From NCBI GenBank assembly GCA_034670025.1, contig JAXMOE010000001.1, positions 229,889 through 293,888 on the forward strand: a stretch of 64,000 nucleotides of DNA. The letters run 5' to 3'. A program made the translations under genes and the position numbers. The notes under the pieces were generated by a model, which did not search any database, was not told where the DNA came from, and saw nothing but the letters and a program-made list of their open reading frames with translations. The stretch's first letter is position 1, and every line of letters starts with the position of its first letter. The DNA comes from Chlorobiota bacterium (lineage in GTDB: Bacteria; Bacteroidota; Ignavibacteria; Kapaibacteriales; UBA2268). Positions 56,916 to 64,000 of the stretch are shown in pieces.

Positions 56916-58220
56916 ATGGGAATACAGACGTTTCCAGAGAAAAATAGTAATAATGTTAGCGGTGCTTCAGGCGGTCTCCAAGGTACTTGGAACGCTTCAA
57001 CAAACGCACCTGCATTAGCAAATACTGATACAGGTAAAACTGGTGTAATGTATCAAGTTAGTGTTGGTGGAACTGTTGATTTTGGAGCTGGTAATATAAC
57101 ATTTGAAGCTAAAGATATTGTTGTGAATAATGGTGTTATCTGGGACAAGATAGATGCTACAGATGCAGTCCACAGTGTAAATGGGAATACTGGTGCTGTT
57201 AATTTAGATGCTGATGATATTGATGATACTTCGACTACAAAGAAGTTTACAACTACTACTGAAAAAAGTAAACTATCGGGCATTGCAGAAAATGCAACTG
57301 CAAACCCGAATGCCTTTGATAAAACATCTGACAATACCGATGACTTAACTGAAGGTGCATCTAATAAGTTTTTGTCAACAGCTGTTCAAAATCAAATTTC
57401 AAGTTTAGAATTGCAATCCGCTAATCAATTTGTTAGTGTTTGGAAAACTGATAACACAGGTTTTTCAAATGATGACCAAATAAAGCTACCTCTAATATCA
57501 GATGGTAACTACGACTTTTTAGTAGACTGGGGAGACGGTTCACAAGATAGAATTACAAGCTGGAATCAAGCTGAAGGAACTCACACATATTCCAGTATTG
57601 GAACATATACAGTAACCATAAGTGGAGAATGTGACGGTTGGGAGTTTGGTAATTCAGGAGCAAAAGATTTACAGAAAATTATTGAAATCAAGAATTGTGG
57701 ATGTCTGAATGTAAGTACTGACTTAGCATTTTATGGATGTAAAAAATTGATTTTTACCTCAAATGATGAACTAAAAGTTGTAGGGCTGACTAATGCAGGT
57801 GCAATGTTTAGACTTTGTGAGTTGACTGAAAAAGTTCCATACTTTGATTTTAGTAACATCACATCAGCACGATATATGATGTATGAGTGCAAAGCTCTAA
57901 CAAGTGTACCTTTTTACAATACAAGTTCCTTAGCAGATGCTACAGCAATGTTGGAACGTACTTATATGCTAACAGAAATCCCATTGTTTAATTTTAGTGC
58001 GTTGACAAATGGTACTAACTTCCTAAAGTCAACAGGAGCGAATGCTGGTGGTTTCTCGACACAAAACTATTCAGACTTATTAATTTATTGGGATACTCTT
58101 TCTCTTCAGAATGGTGTAAATATGTATGTCAATTCAGAATATAACAGTGACGGATCTACAGCTAAATCTAATATAGTATCAAATCATAGTTGGAACTTCA
58201 CAGATGCAGGATTAGAATAA
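56916..58220 (+). CDS. tail fibre protein with BspA-type leucine-rich repeat C-terminal domain
   Basis: N-terminal NLDADDIDDTSTTKKFTTTTEKSKLSGIAENATAN tail-fibre signature. C-terminal repeats (GCLNVSTDLAFYGCKKL..., FSNITSARYMMYECKALTSVP) of the BspA/DUF285 type. Confidence 0.5.
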   Translation: MGIQTFPEKNSNNVSGASGGLQGTWNASTNAPALANTDTGKTGVMYQVSVGGTVDFGAGNITFEAKDIVVNNGVIWDKIDATDAVHSVNGNTGAVNLDADDIDDTSTTKKFTTTTEKSKLSGIAENATANPNAFDKTSDNTDDLTEGASNKFLSTAVQNQISSLELQSANQFVSVWKTDNTGFSNDDQIKLPLISDGNYDFLVDWGDGSQDRITSWNQAEGTHTYSSIGTYTVTISGECDGWEFGNSGAKDLQKIIEIKNCGCLNVSTDLAFYGCKKLIFTSNDELKVVGLTNAGAMFRLCELTEKVPYFDFSNITSARYMMYECKALTSVPFYNTSSLADATAMLERTYMLTEIPLFNFSALTNGTNFLKSTGANAGGFSTQNYSDLLIYWDTLSLQNGVNMYVNSEYNSDGSTAKSNIVSNHSWNFTDAGLE

Positions 58221-58687
58221 TGAATACTATTAAAGCAAAAGAAAAAACCTATTGGATATTAGACGATAAACACGGCATACTTGAAAAAGGGCAAGAGTTA
58301 GCGAGTAAAACAAAGCCGTTTTCAACCACTAATAAAAACGAATGGCTAAAAAAGTTAGGTGTTAGTTCTGAAAAAGAATTAGAGGACAACGAAGCAAGTG
58401 AGTTAGAAGATTATAAAATTCAGAGTTTAAAAGATAGATTGATTGACAAAGTCAAGAGCGTAGTATCAAAGCGACTTTCAGCTACTGATTACATGGTAAT
58501 AAGACACTTAGGACAAAAAGCATTAACAGACAAAGGTAAATTAGCAAAGACTAAACTATCCGATACCGAATATGATAACTTAGAACTTGTAAGAGAAGCA
58601 TTAAGAGATTGGAGCAACGAAAAAGAAGCTGAAATTAACAGCAAAACAAAGATTGAAGAATTAAAGAAAATTAAAGTGGAATACTAA
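58190..58687 (+). CDS. hypothetical protein
   Basis: 165-aa ORF. Confidence 0.4.
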   Translation: MELHRCRIRIMNTIKAKEKTYWILDDKHGILEKGQELASKTKPFSTTNKNEWLKKLGVSSEKELEDNEASELEDYKIQSLKDRLIDKVKSVVSKRLSATDYMVIRHLGQKALTDKGKLAKTKLSDTEYDNLELVREALRDWSNEKEAEINSKTKIEELKKIKVEY

Positions 58688-58688
58688 A

Positions 58689-59063
58689 ATGTTAGAATTT
58701 GATTTAAGTGAGGCAATACCAACAGCAGAGTGGAATAGCTACGGTACATTCTCAAAGAGAAGTCCAAAGCTCACTTCTCTCCAAATCCAATGGCACGGAT
58801 TAGCAGGAACACTCAATGGAACTTTGCAGTTAGAAATATCAAATAAGGTATCAAGAGGTAGCGGTGAAGAAGACGAGTTTGTCACTCAAATCCCATTGAA
58901 AGATGAAAATGGAGACCCATTGACATTGGATTCAGCAAGCAATAAAGATAATTGCAAGATAGTAATGATAGAAGTACCACACGCAGGATGGAGACTAATA
59001 GTTGACAAAGGTGGTATTACAGCAGGAACATTAAAAGCATTAATGATAGAACCAAGTGAGTAA
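58689..59063 (+). CDS. hypothetical protein
   Basis: 124-aa ORF. Confidence 0.4.
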   Translation: MLEFDLSEAIPTAEWNSYGTFSKRSPKLTSLQIQWHGLAGTLNGTLQLEISNKVSRGSGEEDEFVTQIPLKDENGDPLTLDSASNKDNCKIVMIEVPHAGWRLIVDKGGITAGTLKALMIEPSE

Positions 59064-60312
59064 CACAAGATACATAAAGGGAGTTGATGTTTCTTCTACT
59101 GATGTAGAGGATGAAGTATTGATTCCATTTAATAGTTTGGGTGGGGCAACTCCACGTAACCAACTGTTAAACTCAAATTTCGATATTTGGCAAAGGTGTT
59201 CAAGTAGAATTAGTATCACTAATAGAAGTAGAACAGATGACGTTGCAACTGTAGTAACTGAATTTGAACACGGGTACGACACAGGAGATAGAGTTCAAAT
59301 ATCGCACATGAGTGACACCGAATACAACCAAACTGATGTGTTAGTAACAGTCGTTGACGAAACAACATTTACTTATGAATGTGCAGGTGTGGACGAGTCA
59401 ACAACAGCTGAGTCTACAGGGCATACAACGTTACTGACAAGGTTGTCATTAACAGTTGAAGATCAAGCTTTTATAGCCGATAGGTGGGTTGGATTAGTTA
59501 GTTCAGGTCAATTAATAGTTAGTTATGACGATGGAGTCAATATAGAACAAACTAACACCGCTTATTCAGGTTTAGTACAGGTGATTCCGAGTAGGTATAG
59601 AACAGGTTCTACATTCTCAATATCGTTAAAAGCCAAAGCAAGTACAGGAACTCCGAAAGTTAGAATTGCATTATTAGAATGGGACGGCACAACAGATAAT
59701 ATTGATTTCACAGTAGTTGACACTTGGAGTTCAGACCCTACATTAGAGACTGATTGGAGCTATGCGGGGAAAAGCGACCAAGTAACGATGACATCGAGTT
59801 ATCAAACTATAAGCAAAGAGAATATAACAGCGACTGGAAATAATATTGCTTTTGTTGTATTCACAGAGAATGTTGGAGATACTGGGAAACTACAAATCAA
59901 AGAATGTCAACTTATTGAAGGTGATTCTATTGCAGACTATGTAAGCCCGATAGTTGAATTAGAAATAAACGAATGTAGAAAATTCTACCAAAAAAGTTAT
60001 GAATACAGCACACCTGCAGGAGTAATTTCTGAAAAAGGGAAGCTGGAATTAGCAACATCATTTGGTGTATCAAACGGCAATATAGTCGGAACTGTTTTTA
60101 TTGATAGAATGTACAGACAGCACTCAGTTACTTTCTATAGCTCCCAAGAGCCACCAGAAGAGAACCATTGGGTAGTGTCAACAGGAGTAAATGTAGATAT
60201 AACTGCCTCTAATGAGGGTGAAGGTAGCTTTGCTATTGTAAACGATAGTGGCTTTTCTATATCAACTTCCAGTTTAGGTGGACATTACGTTTGTGAAATT
60301 GACTCTATATAA
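59056..60312 (+). CDS. hypothetical tail/receptor-binding protein
   Basis: 418-aa ORF. Confidence 0.45.
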   Translation: MSNTRYIKGVDVSSTDVEDEVLIPFNSLGGATPRNQLLNSNFDIWQRCSSRISITNRSRTDDVATVVTEFEHGYDTGDRVQISHMSDTEYNQTDVLVTVVDETTFTYECAGVDESTTAESTGHTTLLTRLSLTVEDQAFIADRWVGLVSSGQLIVSYDDGVNIEQTNTAYSGLVQVIPSRYRTGSTFSISLKAKASTGTPKVRIALLEWDGTTDNIDFTVVDTWSSDPTLETDWSYAGKSDQVTMTSSYQTISKENITATGNNIAFVVFTENVGDTGKLQIKECQLIEGDSIADYVSPIVELEINECRKFYQKSYEYSTPAGVISEKGKLELATSFGVSNGNIVGTVFIDRMYRQHSVTFYSSQEPPEENHWVVSTGVNVDITASNEGEGSFAIVNDSGFSISTSSLGGHYVCEIDSI

Positions 60313-60358
60313 AATAGAAATACAAATTACTTAAAATTAATTAAAAGAGGTAGCTAAA

Positions 60359-61330
60359 ATGGCTCAACAAATAGCAGCAAAAAGAACATTAGTATCAGGT
60401 ATTCCAGCGGCATGGTTGCTTGGTGTAATATTCAATTCATTCAGCGGAAAAGTAGGAACTGGTGGTATTGACGACACAGTTACAACTATCCCATTGTCAG
60501 ACGATTCAGGTATATTAAAAGATGGCTCTACAATCCAAATAGGTTCGGAGCAAATAACAGTTGGAGCTTATGATTCTGACAACAATCAACTAACAGGATG
60601 TACGCGTGGTGCAAACAGTACTACTGCGGCCGCACACTCAGTTGGTGATGGTATTGTTGTTCTTTCAGGTGGTGTCCAGATAGCGGAAGCTGACTTTAAC
60701 ACAGATGAATCAAATGATTATCCGCGTTTTGGGTTTGATAACTTAGGTAAAGGCTCAGATTTCACAGCATTCTTACCATCTAATGCGGAATCAGGTGGTG
60801 GAGAGAATGTAGAAATAACATTAGCGGATAATACAATAATGTCACACCCTAAAAATAGTAAGAAATACAAGTTAACAGATGGAACTGAAATCACATCTGT
60901 TGAAAGTGATTCTAACAATACCAACTTAGGTAAAGTGAAATTAGTGGTAACTGGTGGTGATGTAGAATCAGCAACACTAACAGCTTTTGAGAAAAAGTTA
61001 ATTGATATTCCGAACCAAGTATTCCTGATTGCTGTTCCAAGAGGTTGGAATGCAAATTCAGAAGGTACAACTGTTGATGGTTGGGTATATATGACGGCAA
61101 AAAGAAGCACAGATTACACAGGTGTCCAAGATACTGGCGATGTTACTTTAGAATTCAATTCTTACAAGTTACCCGGAACAGAAGCTGAACATCAGTCAGC
61201 ATTTACTGGCATTTCTTGGGGTGCATTGACAACTACTGGTTTGAAGCAAAACTTCACTCCACCAACATTGACTAATGATGAAGCAACGAAATTAGGAAAA
61301 GGCGAAATTGTGCTAAAGGCAGCAGCATAA
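60359..61330 (+). CDS. hypothetical tail protein
   Basis: 323-aa ORF, G/T/S-rich. Confidence 0.45.
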   Translation: MAQQIAAKRTLVSGIPAAWLLGVIFNSFSGKVGTGGIDDTVTTIPLSDDSGILKDGSTIQIGSEQITVGAYDSDNNQLTGCTRGANSTTAAAHSVGDGIVVLSGGVQIAEADFNTDESNDYPRFGFDNLGKGSDFTAFLPSNAESGGGENVEITLADNTIMSHPKNSKKYKLTDGTEITSVESDSNNTNLGKVKLVVTGGDVESATLTAFEKKLIDIPNQVFLIAVPRGWNANSEGTTVDGWVYMTAKRSTDYTGVQDTGDVTLEFNSYKLPGTEAEHQSAFTGISWGALTTTGLKQNFTPPTLTNDEATKLGKGEIVLKAAA

Positions 61331-61414
61331 TAAGGAAGTATAGCTCCTAGCTCAATCCAGATAGCAGGCAGAAATTATAAACCCTGTCTGCTATTTTTAT
61401 ATAAAGGAAATTAG

Positions 61415-63925
61415 ATGATATTTGTCCAAGAAGCCATATACCAAGACCATATTTTCGGTAAGCAAGTTGTAAGATTTGTTGTTGCCGATCAATATGATAA
61501 TCTTTTCAAAACCGATGCTCAAATAGTGTCGGATTTGGGTATTAGTAGTGAGAATTTCAGAACAAGTATTTTTAACTTAGGAAATACTAAAGAGTCTTTG
61601 AAAAAAGAAGAAGGTTCTTTTTCAATGAGTGAGCTTGGGTTTAAGGTTACTACATCTGCAATTCAAACTACTACTGATAAAAGAGCTTTTTATTTCTGCC
61701 TCCATGCCAATAACTTTAGAAAGCATAGATATTGTGCAACCTTCCTTTATACTTTAGGTTCTACATTCGATGAATCAGATAGAACCTTTACAGGTAAAAT
61801 TACCTCTACAATTTCAGGGAGTGAACACGATTGGATAGGGGCATTGCCTTGGGATTCAGAAATTGATGCTGATATGGAAGTTGATTTCAAAGCATTGCAA
61901 TTTGATTTATCGGTTATGTCGCAATGTTTTTTAGACAAGCCTATCTTATTACCAGATGGGACGGAAACGGATTCTATCTATGACAGACTAACAGAAATAG
62001 ACGGTGGGGACGGAGACATTGAGAGTAACTTCAAGCACAAGCCTTGTTATATTCACCAAATAGGGGATGATGACTTTATAATGTACACAACTCCAATGGG
62101 AACTATCTACGATACTCTAATGATGCTCTTAGATAAGACATCTGAAGTTCTAACCGAAATGATTGGGACGACATTCTCATTTAGTATAGCGGAAACAGAT
62201 TTAGGGTTCAGCGTTGGGACTGCTTATTATGAATTAGAGAGTAAATTCTATGTGAAAAATGTTAAAACAGATGGTACTCTTAGAAAGGTATTCATAGCAC
62301 CACCTGAATCATTAAATTATAAATACAATGCTTATATCAATAGTTCACTATTGAAGCCTGTCTTCGGAACTGGTACAGATATTCACACAGATCACGCTAC
62401 TATGCCTGAAGCTTACAGATTCCAAGAGCCCAATTCATTCCTTGCTACTGGTAACATCACCTCTCTTTTAGCTGAGATTGCTCGCTCATTGGGTTGTGTA
62501 GTCATAACTAGGTTTAATTCGGGAACTGAAATAGAAATTGAATTTGTATCCAAAAACTCACTTTCAATTTCATCTAACGTTTATATGGTAGGGGTCAACA
62601 GTTCCAGTTTCGACTCCTCATCTATTGCACTAGAAAACAGTACTAAATATTACGCTGAAGCAAATAGGTTAATACTAGAAGGTGGCCCCGACTCAGAAGT
62701 TGCTGGTGATGAAAGGAACACTTATAAATACCAACTATTTGATAAAAGTTCTCCTGACTACTATGAAAACTTCACCCCGACACCTGCATTATATGATTTC
62801 AAAAATAATATCAAAACAGACTCATTAGTTGAATATAAGAGATTATTGCTATCTACCTCTTGGTCTATACTTCAGCAAAGGGCCGTAGGCAAGAGTGTTA
62901 CTTCAATTCCTATCAATATCGGGGTTCTTTCTTTCACTCCATATCATAATATTCCATATTCCGAATATTACTCTCCTAGTGAATTCAGTAATAGGGGACA
63001 TCGGAATTACCTACATTCGGGTATATACGTCAAGACTACCCCACAAGATATTCTTCAGAGTACTCTACTTGGTGGCTCAACTGAAGTATGGGCTCCTGCT
63101 ACTAATATTGTAATTAATAGGAGCGGTGATAATCTTCGATATGAAACTCTATCTGACTACATTACAAGCCTTACAGCTAGTGATAAGTTATACTATGAGA
63201 ATACGCGTAAGGTTACTACTCCATCTTGGAACGGATTCTCGGCTAACTCAGATGGTAGTAGTCCAATTTGGGAAAATTTAAAGATTGGTAAAAAGATACC
63301 ACTAAAAATTAAAACTTTAGAATATGATTCTGTTGAAGATGAGTGGAATGAGGTTTGGTCTCCTGTTTCAACTTGGTCGATAGTTAGTATTGAGCGTTCA
63401 ATGAACAAACCTGAAACTGTAATAGAGTTAGTTGACGAATCTATATCAAGTATCTATGGTAATTATGATTCAGGCAAAGGAACATCACAAGTACAAGGGA
63501 CAGTTAATGAAAGTCCATTAAGAAATGGTACTGTTGGTGGAGAAATAAGTGATACTTGGATATTCGAATGTAATGAGACGATTAAAGCTGACTATGCTAT
63601 TGCACTACGAGATGATGGCAAGATAGAAAAATTCCAACCTCTAAAGAGTGAACACTACAATAAGTTTATAGGAATAGCAAAAGAAGACGGAATCAATGGT
63701 AATGTAATTAGAGTTCAAACGGGTGGAATTGTTGTATTAGAAAATTCAACGATCGATGTAAACAAATCTGTATTTGTCAGATATGCAACTGGTACAAATG
63801 CTAACATTTCACAAACAATCTTAGAAAGTAAAACAGTAGATGAGGATATGATATTTAGACTATGTAGGAAGCCACTCAATGATAAAGCATTCAGATTAGA
63901 GCCGGAGTATATGATTTATGGCTAA
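61415..63925 (+). CDS. large tail/baseplate structural protein
   Basis: 836-aa ORF. Confidence 0.5.
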   Translation: MIFVQEAIYQDHIFGKQVVRFVVADQYDNLFKTDAQIVSDLGISSENFRTSIFNLGNTKESLKKEEGSFSMSELGFKVTTSAIQTTTDKRAFYFCLHANNFRKHRYCATFLYTLGSTFDESDRTFTGKITSTISGSEHDWIGALPWDSEIDADMEVDFKALQFDLSVMSQCFLDKPILLPDGTETDSIYDRLTEIDGGDGDIESNFKHKPCYIHQIGDDDFIMYTTPMGTIYDTLMMLLDKTSEVLTEMIGTTFSFSIAETDLGFSVGTAYYELESKFYVKNVKTDGTLRKVFIAPPESLNYKYNAYINSSLLKPVFGTGTDIHTDHATMPEAYRFQEPNSFLATGNITSLLAEIARSLGCVVITRFNSGTEIEIEFVSKNSLSISSNVYMVGVNSSSFDSSSIALENSTKYYAEANRLILEGGPDSEVAGDERNTYKYQLFDKSSPDYYENFTPTPALYDFKNNIKTDSLVEYKRLLLSTSWSILQQRAVGKSVTSIPINIGVLSFTPYHNIPYSEYYSPSEFSNRGHRNYLHSGIYVKTTPQDILQSTLLGGSTEVWAPATNIVINRSGDNLRYETLSDYITSLTASDKLYYENTRKVTTPSWNGFSANSDGSSPIWENLKIGKKIPLKIKTLEYDSVEDEWNEVWSPVSTWSIVSIERSMNKPETVIELVDESISSIYGNYDSGKGTSQVQGTVNESPLRNGTVGGEISDTWIFECNETIKADYAIALRDDGKIEKFQPLKSEHYNKFIGIAKEDGINGNVIRVQTGGIVVLENSTIDVNKSVFVRYATGTNANISQTILESKTVDEDMIFRLCRKPLNDKAFRLEPEYMIYG

Positions 63926-64000
63926 TCACATTTATTTATATTATACCAACTCATATCCACGACCAGATGATGGTGATTTAATTGGTGCTGCACCAGGTGG
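63918..64000 (+). CDS. hypothetical protein, 3' end outside window
   Basis: ATG at 63918 overlapping the preceding stop. Reading frame open to the window edge. Confidence 0.3.
   Translation, partial: MANHIYLYYTNSYPRPDDGDLIGAAPG

Larger units (their letters stand above)
17647..64000. mobile_element. integrated temperate phage (prophage); left end at the integrase next to the epimerase gene, right end beyond the window
   Basis: Contiguous integrase, S24 repressor, replication/recombination genes, Mor-family activator, terminase, DUF935 portal, Mu F/G-like proteins, scaffold, major capsid protein, endolysin and tail-fibre proteins. The host housekeeping operon ends abruptly at 17.5 kb. Confidence 0.85.

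Noticed and set aside
1-64000. CRISPR arrays, rRNA and tRNA genes
   Set aside because: No regularly spaced direct repeats with unique spacers, no rRNA-like conserved stretches and no tRNA cloverleaf signatures were seen. The dense repeats found are operator-like TAAGAA arrays and intragenic tandem repeats instead.

Overview
AT-rich window (about one-third GC), probably from a Bacteroidota/Ignavibacteriota-like (FCB group) chromosome. Positions 1-17.5 kb are conserved chromosomal genes: a partial OmpA-family protein with thrombospondin type-3 repeats, Hsp33, an acyl-CoA dehydrogenase, the complete nusA-infB-rbfA-truB-ribF-rpsO-pnp cluster with clear intrinsic terminators, a DUF62 SAM hydroxide adenosyltransferase, ElbB-like DJ-1/PfpI protein, a penicillin-acylase-family Ntn hydrolase and an NAD-dependent epimerase. 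From 17.6 kb to the window end (over 46 kb) the sequence is an integrated temperate phage whose right end lies outside the window. On the minus strand it has a tyrosine integrase and an S24/LexA-like repressor. Rightward from these are early genes: small proteins, a P-loop ATPase, a putative PD-(D/E)XK nuclease, an SMC/SbcC-like ATPase and an SF2 helicase. A terminator-bounded moron follows (OmpX/Lom-like beta-barrel plus two unknowns), then a block of small genes including a Mor-family late activator. Further right is a Mu-like head module on the minus strand (G, F, DUF935 portal, large terminase, putative small terminase), with two ParB-like/PAPS-reductase-like (IbrB/IbrA-like) pairs around a cupin gene. 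A plus-strand block then encodes scaffold/protease, decoration-like protein, major capsid protein, an M15 endolysin and several tail-fibre-like proteins. Embedded between the early and structural modules is a compositionally distinct, very AT-rich island (31.45-38.95 kb). It carries a LamG lipoprotein, a PAS hybrid sensor kinase, an XRE regulator and several orphan genes, including a compact three-gene operon. Non-coding signals of note are iterated TTAAGAA/TTCTTAA operator-like arrays at three sites, a 45-bp direct repeat pair bracketing 10.5 kb of cargo, a C11 homopolymer upstream of a secreted tandem-repeat protein, and a terminator family with a conserved AGTGGGG-T-run arm. I found no rRNA, tRNA or CRISPR array.
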